Shown: positions 19,231 to 28,401 of the stretch, piece by piece
Layout of the letters: every line of letters starts with the position of its first letter
Position numbering within the stretch: position 1 is the first letter of the stretch
Assembly (NCBI GenBank): GCA_963698395.1
Contig: CAVOQQ010000001.1
Span: 68,754 to 132,753, forward strand
Direction of reading: 5' to 3'
Length of the DNA stretch: 64,000 nucleotides
Source: an uncultured Acidimicrobiales bacterium
GTDB lineage: Bacteria; Actinomycetota; Acidimicrobiia; Acidimicrobiales; SZUA-35
Made by a program: the position numbers and the translations under genes
Notes under the pieces: generated by a model
The model's database searches: none
What the model was told of the DNA's origin: nothing
The model's input: only the letters and a program-made list of their open reading frames with translations

Positions 19231-19562
19231 CAAACCCAGCCCCCTCCCCACACCCGCACGCCGATGAGCGCACCGAGGAAGAACGCGTCCAAGCGGCTCG
19301 GCGATACGTGGAGCAGGTGCAAGCCTTCTCCGTCCACGCCGGCGTGTTCACCGCAGGCATGGTCGTCATCTTCGTGGTGAATCTCGCCACCAACGTTTCC
19401 GCCGGCATCGCAAGCGAGTGGTCCGCGTGGTGGTCGGTCTGGGCCTTCATCGGCTGGGGCCTTGGCATCGCGATCCACGGACTCGTCGTCCGCCTGAACC
19501 GACCATCGCCGTCCTCGCCGACGTGGGAGCAGCGACAGATCGAGAAGGTGCTGTCCAGATGA
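19227..19562 (+). CDS. 2TM-domain membrane protein
   Basis: 111 aa with AFSVHAGVF..VVNL and WWSVWAFIGWGLGIAIHG, matching the 2TM-domain pattern. Confidence 0.65.
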   Translation: MTNPAPSPHPHADERTEEERVQAARRYVEQVQAFSVHAGVFTAGMVVIFVVNLATNVSAGIASEWSAWWSVWAFIGWGLGIAIHGLVVRLNRPSPSSPTWEQRQIEKVLSR

Positions 19563-20164
19563 GCGCACCAATCCTTGACGTAGCATGCCCTCCGACGTCG
19601 AAGGTGTCCGACACCCCGCTCTGGGAGGGGCGAGCCTTTGGTGGGATCGTCCTTGCTGCCTTCCTGCTCTACGGCATCGGCAGCGCAACCGCCGATCGAC
19701 CGATCGGCCTCGCACTGGTGGCCGTCAACTCGATCGCTGTCGCTTCCGCTGGTTTGATTGGCTTCCGGCTCGTCCGAGTCGCCGACCGCAACGTCGGTAT
19801 CGGCTACCTGGTGGCCCGTGTCGCCGAAGCGGTCCTGCTCCTGGGCGGGATCGTGATGGCGGAGTTCGCCGATGTCGGCGACGCCGACAACAAGGGCTAC
19901 CTGCTCGCCATGATCGCACTCGCCGTCGGCAGCATCCCGTTCTGTCGAACGCTGGGACGAGGTCGACTGATTCCTCGACCGCTCGCAACCTGGGGGATCT
20001 ATGGGTACGCCGCACTCGCCATCGGCGCCGTCCTCGAACTGGCGACCGGGCGTTCGCTCGCGGTCGTCTTCGCTCCGCCTGGTGGCCTCTTCGAGTTCGT
20101 GCTTGGGCTGCGCCTGATCTGGCGGGGGTTCGACCATCGCATGACGACTGGCCGCACCCCATGA
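19559..20164 (+). CDS. DUF4386-like membrane protein (short form)
   Basis: ATG 19559 overlapping the upstream stop. 201 aa, 4-5 TM; GRGRLIPRPLATWGIYG resembles the DUF4386 LIPR motif. The first 47 aa of the listed ORF are discounted. Confidence 0.6.
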   Translation: MSAPILDVACPPTSKVSDTPLWEGRAFGGIVLAAFLLYGIGSATADRPIGLALVAVNSIAVASAGLIGFRLVRVADRNVGIGYLVARVAEAVLLLGGIVMAEFADVGDADNKGYLLAMIALAVGSIPFCRTLGRGRLIPRPLATWGIYGYAALAIGAVLELATGRSLAVVFAPPGGLFEFVLGLRLIWRGFDHRMTTGRTP

Positions 20165-20517
20165 CACTCGCTGAGCACGTCAATCGTCGAAACGGCGTCC
20201 CCGCGGGCCCCGCCGCCATGGCGACGTTCGTCGTCTCGGGTTTGTGCACGATGTCGCAGCGTTGCTCGTCTGGGGCTCTGTGGTGTTCGTCGTGACACCG
20301 TGGTTCTTCCTGCTCGGGGTCGGCATGGTCGTTGGACACGTGGTCGGGATGGATATGTCGCTGCGGCCCTGGTGGTGGCGGTAGAGGGCAAACACTGCGT
20401 ATCTCGGGTCGAGCCTCGCTGTGGTCCTGGTCATCCGTTCCCTCGTCGGACACCCCTGATCTTCGGCTCTGGCACCGCGCCTGCAGCGTCGAACGTGCCG
20501 ACACAGGCCAACGGACT

Positions 20518-20535
20518 GAATCACCTGGGTGAGAA
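20518..20535. promoter_or_regulatory. 18-bp palindrome, copy 3
   Basis: GAATCACC-tg-GGTGAGAA, 69 nt upstream of ATG 20604. Extra GGTGAGG half-site at 20546-20552. Confidence 0.45.
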
Positions 20536-20603
20536 CACACCGACGGGTGAGGTCGTCTCGTCCTTGCTTGATCGAAGCTGAGTCCGGAAAGGAGCACACC
20601 CCA

Positions 20604-21335
20604 ATGAGGACAATGACCCGAATCCCGCAACCCGGACGGTGGAGCGGTGAGCAACGACTTTCAGATCTCGGTCGCAACATTGCGGCCTTCATCGTCTTGT
20701 GGGCTGCGTACGCCGCTGTGCGTGGCATCACCGCCGGCGACCTCACGTCCGCAACGCGGAACGCCGTGGCTGTCATGGACCTTCAACGATCGCTCGGGCT
20801 CCCGAACGAGGCAGCAGTGCAACGAGCCCTGCTCGACCATTCCTGGCTCCTACGAGGCGCCAACTTCTACTACATCGGGGTCCACTTCCCGGTGACGATC
20901 GGCTTCCTGGCGTGGGCGTGGTCGCGTCACCGCGCTGTCTTTCAGCGGATCCGGAATGCTCTCATCATGACGACCAGTGTGGGTCTCGTGGTTCATGTGA
21001 TGTACCCGCTGAAGCCACCGCGAATGATCGGCGGCTTCGTCGACACGGCGGCCGTGCTCGGACCCGATCCCTACGAACTCGGTATCTCGGGCGGAGCGAA
21101 CCAGCTCGCCGCCATGCCCTCCCTCCACGTTGGCTGGGCCTTGCTCGTGGCGCTCGGCATCATCGCAACCGGGAAGACCAACGCCAAGTGGCTCGCCGTG
21201 GTGCATCCGATCGTGACACTCGCGGTCGTCGTCGTGACGGCCAATCACTACTGGGTCGACGCCATCGTCGCGGTGGCGATCGTGCTCGCAGCGTGGCGCC
21301 TCACGCAGCGCAGCGAACCAAAGCACCTGTTGTGA
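20604..21335 (+). CDS. PAP2-superfamily (PAP2_3-like) membrane protein
   Basis: ATG 20604 behind GGAAAGGAG. 243 aa, multi-TM, with MPSLHVGWALL and TANHYWVDA. Confidence 0.7.
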   Translation: MRTMTRIPQPGRWSGEQRLSDLGRNIAAFIVLWAAYAAVRGITAGDLTSATRNAVAVMDLQRSLGLPNEAAVQRALLDHSWLLRGANFYYIGVHFPVTIGFLAWAWSRHRAVFQRIRNALIMTTSVGLVVHVMYPLKPPRMIGGFVDTAAVLGPDPYELGISGGANQLAAMPSLHVGWALLVALGIIATGKTNAKWLAVVHPIVTLAVVVVTANHYWVDAIVAVAIVLAAWRLTQRSEPKHLL

Positions 21336-21840
21336 TGCTCGAGAGCTTCGTCCGGCCGACGGGACGTGCCATCACCACCAAGACGACGGCGAGGGTCCGC
21401 CGAGGCCATCGACGCGATCGTGGCGCTGCCGCGTCGGCCGGGCCGGCGGCCGGGGCCGCGTCGGTCTCGACAGCTGACCGGATCTCGGCGATTGCCGTGA
21501 ACGGCAGCAGGGCCACGAGGGTGATGGCAGCGAGACGAAGCGGCGCCCAGTCATCGTCGAGATCCCCGTGATCGGCGAGGAGGCCTCCGACGGCGGCACC
21601 CAGCATCACGAGCGGGTAGAAAGCGCTCGAAGGCTCGTACCAGCGACGGTTCTGTCGGTAGCGAGGACGAAGCCCGGCGTCGTCGAACCCGTCGCCGCCC
21701 TTCGATCGCAGGGCCGTGGCCACGGCGATGGGGAGCAGGATCCAGATGAGTTGACCGAGTCCCTCACCGATCCCGTGGCCAGCGGTGTGGTCGATCAGGG
21801 GGCCAAGCCACCCCAGCCCGAGTACCGCGGCGTCGTACAC
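21301..21840 (-). pseudogene. CPBP (CAAX-protease)-like N-terminal fragment
   Basis: The first ~125 aa resemble CPBP N-termini up to ..LLPFTAIAE, where the EExxxR motif should follow. The rest is low-complexity and overlaps the convergent PAP2 gene. Confidence 0.3.
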
Positions 21841-21990
21841 GGCGATGCGGGTGGGAGAGGGACCCGAGATCGCTCGTTGCCTGGGGATCGACTTCTGTTG
21901 TGATCACGTTGGCCTCCCTGGCTCGTGGCGTCGCTGTCGGTGAAGGCAGCTTCGGGGAGGGTGGTGTGAACCGTCGTCGCTCGTCGGGTG

Positions 21991-22008
21991 ATCTCGCCCG
22001 GGTGAGGC
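21991..22008. promoter_or_regulatory. 18-bp palindrome, copy 4 (degenerate)
   Basis: ATCTCGCC-cg-GGTGAGGC. Lies 74 nt beyond the truncated LuxR stop and about 150 nt upstream of start 21840. Confidence 0.4.
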
Positions 22009-22081
22009 ATGGGGCGCTGGCAGCAGGTGCGGTGTAACGGCCGGCGCTGAACCGCAGTGTGCGCCTGGAGTCCAGCCGTCG

Positions 22082-22810
22082 TCAGAGGAGGTGGAGATCT
22101 CGTGCCGCTTGAACGGCCGCCTTGCGGTCGCCGACGCCGAGCTTGCGGTAGATCGCCTTGCAGTGGGTCTTGACGGTGTTGAGCGACACGTACAGCTCTG
22201 ACGCAATGTCTCGCTGGGAGAGCTGTGATGACAGAGACCGCAGCACAGCGAACTCTCGGTCCGTCAGCTCCTCGATCAGCTGAGGCATCGTCGCTCGAGC
22301 CGGCGTTGCGTCGATCTGATGGCGCGCCTCGACGAGCGCCAGGTACCGGCCGGCGATGCCCGGATCAGGACAGCGATCGATGATCGACCTCGCATCGTGC
22401 AACATGGCTTCTCCGTCGGGGTGGCCGTGGTGGCAGAGCACGTCGCCCCCGCTGGCAAGGGCGTAGGCCAGCATGATCTTCTCCGGAGACCTTCGGGCCA
22501 GTGTGACACCGCGTCGGGCGGTGACGATCGCTTCGTCGGACGCCGTGCCCGTTCTGGCGACCATGCTGTGGGCGAGAGCGGTTTGAGCCAGCTCACTGAA
22601 GCCGTTCGTGTTCGCCGTTTCGATTGCTTGCGATGCGTGTCGGCGAGCAGCGTCGATGGCGCCTGATTCGATCTCGGCGATCGCTCGGAAGATGGGTGCA
22701 ACGGTTTCGACGAAGGCGTTGCCTTCCCGTGCGGCAAAGGTTTGGGCCCGCGCGAGCAGCGTGGTGGCGCGGTCGAAGTCGCCACCCCATCGGAGCGACC
22801 CGTGATCACC
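22082..22810 (-). pseudogene. 5'-truncated paralog of the LAL-type LuxR regulator (helical repeats + HTH only)
   Basis: Collinear with the last ~240 aa of the 735-aa protein (SLRWGGDFDRATTLLARA, IIDRCPDPGIAGRYL, REFAVLRSLSSQLSQRDIASELYVSLNTVKTHCKAIYRKL). No ATPase domain. The frame opens directly after the WYL gene stop (22925). The first ATG is only at 22564. Confidence 0.6.
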
Positions 22811-22924
22811 GTGGTCCGGGTGTCGGATCCGGGGGTGTGGCCGAGGTGTGCGAACGAAGCGTACGAACGAGGTGCGCTCACACCTCGACGGCCTCGCGTC
22901 GCGGAGACGCAGCCGCTGCGAGCC

Positions 22925-23894
22925 TCAGCGGTCCGTCGAGCAGTTCTCGGCGAGTTGTCTGACGGTGTCGGCGAGTTCGGCTGGCTCGATGACCGCCACG
23001 GGGGCGGTGAGCGCGATGCGGGCGATGGACATGGCGAGCCGACCGAGGTCCTCGCCGCGGATCTGGACCACACACGACTCGGTCTCCAGCTGGATTGGTC
23101 GTGTGGTCCACCCATCGCAGCACGTCCTCGAGTTCGGTGAACGCCGCGCTGATCGAGAGCGTCGCTTCTTCGTGACGTGGTGTCGATCCGAGTGAGGTTG
23201 CGACGAAGCTTGCTGCGTCGCCACCGGGGATCTCCCGTGGCCTGAAACGTTTGCCCGCCAGCCGAGGTTTGCGGAGCCGATCGAGTCGAAACGTACGCCA
23301 GTCGTCGCGTCGCTGATCCCAGGCCACGAGATACCAGCGACGGCCGGTGGTCACGAGTTGGTGTGGCTCGACGAGCCGTCGGCTGTCTTCGCCGTCACGT
23401 CGTCGGTAGTCGAATCGCACCTCCTCGCTGGTCTCGACACGCCGCAGCGAGCACGCTGAGCGCTTCGGGATCGATGAGTCGTCGTCGTCGACCCGCGGCA
23501 TCGACATGACGCTCGAATGCAGCGCCGACACTCGCCGGCGCAAGCCGATCGGGCAGGAGCTGATTCGATCTTCGTCAGGGATCGAAGCGACGATTCTTCC
23601 ATGCCGTCGATCGCCGCTCCTGCGGCGTAGCGCAGACCAACGGCCACGGCGACGGCCTCGTCATCGTCGAGCACCAGAGGGCGGCAGGTGCGCTCCGGTT
23701 GCGAGGCGGTAGCCGCCGTCGGTTCCCGGCGTGGCATCGACGGGGTAGCCGAGGTCGCGCAGCCGCTCGACGTCACGGCGAACCGTTCGCTCGGTGACCT
23801 CGAGGCGTTCGGCGAGTTCGGCTCCTCGCCACAAACGATGCGTTTGAAGGAGCGAGAGCAGCTGGAGCGCCCGGCCGGTGGGATCTTTCGGCAT
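22925..23894 (-). pseudogene. YafY-type HTH-WYL transcriptional regulator, 3-4 frameshifts
   Basis: Five blocks each lie in a different frame. MPKDPTGRALQLLSLLQTHRLWRGAELAERLEVTERTVRRDVERLRDLGYPV. LVLDDDEAVAVAVGLRYA. QLLPDRLAP..LIDPEALSVLAAA. EEVRFDYRRRDGEDSRRLVEPHQLVTTGRRWYLVAWD..FRLDRL. CVVQIRGEDLGRLAMSIARI. Confidence 0.65.
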
Positions 23895-23987
23895 TTTCTC
23901 AGTCTGCCACAACTTGCGGACCGATTCTGTCCGGAACGGCTTCTACGTTGATCTCTACCAACCCACCGACAGATGAGAGGAAATGCC

Positions 23988-24942
23988 ATGTCAAAAACAA
24001 TCGACTTCCCCACGCCCACGCTGATTCCCGTCAACGGTGTGCAACTCGAGGTCTTCGAAGCAGGCCAAGAGAACGCGGGAAACCCGATCGTGCTGTGTCA
24101 CGGCTGGCCAGAGCACGCCTTCTCATGGCGCCACCAGCTTCCGGCCCTCGCCGCAGCCGGCTACCACGTCATCGTCCCGAACCAGCGGGGCTATGGGAAC
24201 TCGAGTCGTCCGTCCGACGTCACCGACTACGACATCGACCACTTGACGGGTGATCTCGTCGCCTTGCTCGATCACTTCGGATACGAAGACGCAACCTTCG
24301 TCGGACATGATTGGGGCGCGAATGTCGTTTGGGGGCTGACCCAGCTGCATCCAGACCGCGTCAAGAGGGTGATCAACCTGAGCTTGCCGTACCAAGAGCG
24401 CGGGGAGCAGCCTTGGATCGAGTTCATGGAAGTCGGTCTTTGGTGACGACTTCTATTTCGTCCACTTCAACCGTCAGCCCGGCGTCGCGGACGCCGTACT
24501 CGACGAGAACACCTTCCAGTTCCTACGCAACATGTATCGGAAGAACACTCCCCCCGCAGAGCCTGAGCCGGGGATGATGATGATCAATCTCGCCAGAGCG
24601 GAAACGCCACTCGGAGAGCCGGTGATGAGTGACGACGAACTGGCCGTCTTCGTGTCCGCCTTCGAAACAACCGGGTTCACCGGCAGTGTCAATTGGTACC
24701 GAAACATGGACCGGAACTGGCACCTGCTGGCGAATGTCGACCCGATCATCCAACAGCCCACACTCATGATCTACGGGGACCAGGATCCCATCGCGAAGTC
24801 CGAGAACCTGCAGGACTTCGTACCGAACGTGGAGGTGGTCAGTCTCGACTGCGGTCATTGGATCCAGCAAGAGAAGCCAGAAGAAACGACCCGAGTGATC
24901 CTGGACTGGTTGGAACAACACGGCGGAGACGCAAGTCGTTGA
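23988..24942 (+). pseudogene. epoxide-hydrolase-like alpha/beta hydrolase, one frameshift
   Basis: ATG 23988. VLCHGWPEHAFSWRHQLPALAAAGYHVIVPNQRGYGNS and GHDWGA read to 24446. FGDDFYFVHFNRQPGVAD..DCGHWIQQEKPEE continues in the 24532 frame. Shift near 24435. Confidence 0.7.
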
Positions 24943-24964
24943 GACGAGGTGGTCAAAGGGCAGA

Positions 24965-25100
24965 GGTTGTGTGCGACCTTGGACATCGCGTTGGCGAGCG
25001 CAGCGATCTCCGCAGCGTCGAGGTGGTCGAACAGTTCCGTGCCGCTCTGGCGAGACTCGGCGATTCCGTCGAGGTACTCGTATGAGCACCGCGACCGAAC
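24965..25100 (-). pseudogene. MarR-like C-terminal remnant
   Basis: ..YEYLDGIAESRQSGTELFDHLDAAEIAALANAMSKVAHNL resembles only the last helices of a MarR protein. No N-terminus is present. Confidence 0.3.
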
Positions 25101-25162
25101 TCCGCGCCGGCACCTGGACGCTCGACCCAACCACCACCACGCTCACCGCGTCCGCCAGGTAG
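25082..25162 (+). pseudogene. YceI-like N-terminal remnant
   Basis: MSTATELRAGTWTLDPT.. matches the start of YceI-like proteins but stops after 26 codons. Confidence 0.3.
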
Positions 25163-25205
25163 TCGACGAGCTCATGGACTCCCGGCGCCGACTTGGCCTG
25201 GCTCG

Positions 25206-25895
25206 TCAGGGGTCGATGCCGGTGCCTGGGTCGACGGAGCCGGGTTTGACGATGCTGCTCTCGTAGGCGAGTACGACGGCTTGGACGCGGTCTCGTACGC
25301 CGAGTTTGGTGAGGAGCCGGCTGACGTGGGTCTTCGCGGTTGCTTCTCCCACGAACATCTCGGCGGCGATTTCCCGGTTGCTCATCCCTCGGGCGAGCAG
25401 TCGGAGCGCCTCGTGCTCACGATCGGCGAGACTGTCGGGAAGCACGAGGTTGGTCTCGGTCACCTCGGGTTGCCTTGCGAACTCTTCGATGAGTCGCTTG
25501 GTCACGGTCGGGGCCAGCAATGCGTTGCCTTCGGCGATGACCCGCACCGCGGCTGCGAGTTCCTTGGCCGGGGTGTCCTTGAGGAGGAAGCCACTGGCAC
25601 CGGCCCGCATGGCGGCATAGACGTACTCGTCGAGGTCGAACGTGGTGAGCACCAGGACCTTGGTATCGATGGCGGGCTCGTCGGTGATGAGTCGGGTTGC
25701 CTCGATGCCGTCCATCTCGGGCATCCGGATGTCCATGATCGCGACGTCAGGGTTGGTGCGGCGGCAGAGCTCGAGTCCGGTGCGGCCGTTGTCGGCGTCG
25801 CCGACGACCTCGAGGTCTGGTTGGGCGTCGAGAATCATGGTGAACGCGTCGCGCATCAGGGCTTGATCGTCGATGACCGCAACTCGGATACTCAT
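25206..25895 (-). CDS. NarL/FixJ-family response regulator
   Basis: ATG 25895 (4-nt overlap with the kinase remnant). 229 aa. Receiver domain VAVIDDQALMRD..DVAIMDIRMPEMDG plus HTH NREIAAEMFVGEATAKTHVSRLLTKLGV. The upstream 179 aa of the listed ORF are Arg/Pro-rich read-through. Confidence 0.85.
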   Translation of the reverse strand: MSIRVAVIDDQALMRDAFTMILDAQPDLEVVGDADNGRTGLELCRRTNPDVAIMDIRMPEMDGIEATRLITDEPAIDTKVLVLTTFDLDEYVYAAMRAGASGFLLKDTPAKELAAAVRVIAEGNALLAPTVTKRLIEEFARQPEVTETNLVLPDSLADREHEALRLLARGMSNREIAAEMFVGEATAKTHVSRLLTKLGVRDRVQAVVLAYESSIVKPGSVDPGTGIDP

Positions 25896-26443
25896 GCCGG
25901 TGCCGTGGTCTCGGGTTCTGCGGAGACCACCGCCGGCCGGTCGGTGGCGGTATTGGTCGGCAGGGAGGCATCGACCCGGTAGTCGCCGCCCGGTCGTGGC
26001 CCGGCGGCGAGTTGCCCGTCGTAGGTCTCGACGCGTTCGCGCATCCCGATGATGCCGTGGCCGCCTCCGGTGTCGGTGAGCTGCGACACGGCCCCGCAGC
26101 CCGTGTCGTTGATCGTGATGTGGAGGGCGTCGGTTTCGTAGCGCAATTCGACGGTGGCGGTGGCGGCGTCGCCACCGTGCTTGACGACGTTGGTGAGGGC
26201 TTCTTGCACGATCCGGAACGCAGCGAGTTCGATTCCCGGAGGGAGTGGCCGCTCGTCTCCGCGGATGATCAGTTCGGTCGGTGTGCCCGCCTGGGTGCAG
26301 TGGGCGATGGTGGTGTCGAGTTCGGCGAGCGACGGTTGGGGCGTCAGCGCGCCGCGAGCGGCGGTGGCTTCGGATGGGTTGTTGTTGCGAGGGTCGGACC
26401 GGACGACCGGGTCGGACCGCCCCAGCTGCCACAGACCGTTCAC
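25892..26443 (-). pseudogene. sensor histidine kinase remnant (HATPase_c part only)
   Basis: AAFRIVQEALTNVVKHG, DTGCG and GGHGIIGMRERV are present. The frame closes about 60 nt upstream, next to the ArsR-like gene. No HisKA_3 H-box and no TM sensor. Confidence 0.65.
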
Positions 26444-26503
26444 TGCGCGAAGCGGAGATCGTCCGCCAACGCCGGCTCGAGAGCAGCGCGGACCGACCGG
26501 ACG

Positions 26504-27043
26504 TCAGCCATTCCTTGTGTGGTCGTCGGGCATGGTGATGGTGCTGAGGATTCGTCGGCGTCTTCCGGGCGTTGGGGCGTTGTTCTCATGTGCCTGGACC
26601 GCGGTCGCCACGGTGGCGGCGAGTGTGTCGAATTCTTCGTCGGTGAGCCAGAGGGCTGCTTGGCGGTAGCCGACGCGATCGCGACCCAGGGCGGGCTTGC
26701 CTCGGTCCAGGTAGGCGGCGAAGTCGGTGAGAAGGGTGCCGACGAATGTGGCGAAGTAGCGGAAGTGGTCATCGGCGTTTGCTGACTCCAGTTCGCTGTC
26801 ACCGAGCGCCACTGACGTGTTGACGACTCGGTAGGTGCGTTCGACTCCGCCACGGATCGACCGCTCCTCCGTGACCTCGATCAGCCCGCCGTCGGCGAGT
26901 TGTTTGATGTGCCGGTACAGCGTCGCTTGTGCCACATCGCCCAGCTGCTCCTTCAGTTCGAGAGGGGTCATGGGGGTGGCAACGAGGGCCTGCACGATGC
27001 GCAGTCGTATCGGGTGGAGGAGCAGGTCTCGGGTTTCGATCAT
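26504..27043 (-). CDS. ArsR-type winged-helix transcriptional regulator
   Basis: ATG 27043. MIETRDLLLHPIRLRIVQALV..PLELKEQLGDVAQATLYRHIKQLADGGLIE; 179 aa. Confidence 0.75.
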   Translation of the reverse strand: MIETRDLLLHPIRLRIVQALVATPMTPLELKEQLGDVAQATLYRHIKQLADGGLIEVTEERSIRGGVERTYRVVNTSVALGDSELESANADDHFRYFATFVGTLLTDFAAYLDRGKPALGRDRVGYRQAALWLTDEEFDTLAATVATAVQAHENNAPTPGRRRRILSTITMPDDHTRNG

Positions 27044-27069
27044 CGAAAGTTCTCTCGCCAGGTTGTCAT

Positions 27070-27089
27070 TGTTATCAATAGTGATAACA
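27070..27089. promoter_or_regulatory. perfect inverted repeat, candidate ArsR-type operator
   Basis: TGTTATCA-atag-TGATAACA, AT-rich. Lies 27 nt upstream of ATG 27043 and 47 nt upstream of GTG 27136. A second small inverted repeat CTATT-gag-AATAG is at 27096-27108. Confidence 0.55.
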
Positions 27090-27135
27090 TTCCCACTATT
27101 GAGAATAGCTCGCCTGGTCGGGAAGGACAACGACG

Positions 27136-28075
27136 GTGACCGAATCAGAAATCTCCATTCCTGCGGGGACGCTCACACTTCAGGGATCGCTGAAGGTGGG
27201 GGGCCCGAGCCCCGGTCCCGCGGCTCTCCTGATCAGTGGATCAGGGCCCATCGACCGGGACTCCAACGCCAAGCGGTTGTCGATCAACGTCATGGGTCAG
27301 ATCGCGACCGCACCTCGAGGCCGAGGGCATCACGTCGCTCCGCTACGACAAACGCGGTGTGGGTCGCAGCGATGGGGACTACCTGTCTGCCGGCTTTCGC
27401 GACAACGTCGATGACGCGCGGGCCGCGCTCGACGCGCTGCGAGCCCGATCCGAGGTCGACCCGGACCGGGTCGTCGTCATCGGCCACAGTGAGGGGGCAC
27501 TCATTGCGTCCCTGCTCGCTTCGGATGAGCAGCTCGCAGGTGTCGTCCTGCTCGCCGGCGCAGCCACCAACGGCAAGGACCTACTCCGATGGCAGGCACG
27601 ACAGGTGGCAGCAACGCTGCCCCGGCCGGTGAAGTGGCTCATGACGTTGCTCCGACAAGACCTCGTACGAACACAGACGAAGCGACTCGCTCGAATCGAG
27701 TCCTCGACCGAAGACGTGATCCGCATCCAGTTCGTGAAACTCAACGCCAAGTGGTTCCGCGAGTTCATGACGTTCGAACCACTCGATGCGCTACGGCGGG
27801 CGGCGGTCCCGGTGCTCGCGATCACCGGCACGAAGGACATCCAGGTCAATCCGGACGACGTGTCGCTGATGGAACAGGCGGTCTCGACACCCTTCACCGG
27901 TCATCTGGTCGACGACGTCACCCATCTCCTGCGGGCCGAGCAGGGGATCGCCTCGGTGCGTACCTACAAGAAGCAGGCGCGCGAGCCGCTCGATCAACGA
28001 GTCACCGAACTCCTCACCGACTGGGTGACCACCCATACCCACGCCAAGAACGGAGCCAGCAATGGCAACCTATGA
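27136..28075 (+). pseudogene. alpha/beta hydrolase, one frameshift
   Basis: GTG 27136 behind GGAAGGA. LLISGSGPIDRDSNAKRLSINVMGQIA, then HLEAEGITSLRYDKRGVGRS..VIGHSEGA in the 27236 frame. Shift near 27305. Confidence 0.65.
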
Positions 28076-28401
28076 CGACGAAGTGGTGACCCTCGACGAG
28101 ATCGGGATCACCGTGAAGAACTACTACCTGCCCGGTCGGCCTCGGCTGCATCCGATACGACGACATCGTGGCTGTCGAGTCGATCCCACTTGGGTTCGGC
28201 ACCGGCCGACACCAACTCGTCGGCATCGGCCCGCTCCGGCCTCAGACCTTCTTCCATTGGGACCGCAAGCGCTCCGCCAAGTCACGCGCTCTGTCGCTCG
28301 ACCTCGGCCACCGACTCCGAGTTGCCATCACGCCGGATGAACCCGACGAGGTGCTCGCGATCATTCGTGCCTCTTCAGCCCGAGTGCAGGGTGCCCCATA
28401 G
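28062..28401 (+). pseudogene. hypothetical protein, one frameshift
   Basis: MATYDDEVVTLDEIGITVKNYYLPGR (28062 frame) continues as IRYDDIVAVESIPLGFGTGRHQLVGIGPL..FFHWDRKR (28168 frame). Shift near 28145. No family recalled. Confidence 0.45.

Noticed and set aside
20244-20384. 46-codon GTG ORF VHDVAALLVWGSVVFVVTPWFFLLGVGMVVGHVVGMDMSLRPWWWR, downstream of the short DUF4386 gene.
   Set aside because: It is hydrophobic and plausibly placed, but very short, has no RBS and uses a non-ATG start. Insufficient support.
16661-22008. The 18-bp palindromes considered as terminators or REP/MITE repeats.
   Set aside because: A 2-nt spacer cannot form a hairpin loop. No T-tract follows, and the flanking sequences are unrelated.
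25896-26432. N-terminal 179 aa of the listed 408-aa ORF 25206..26432.
   Set aside because: The extension is Arg/Pro-rich and overlaps the kinase remnant in another frame. The receiver domain starts cleanly at ATG 25895.
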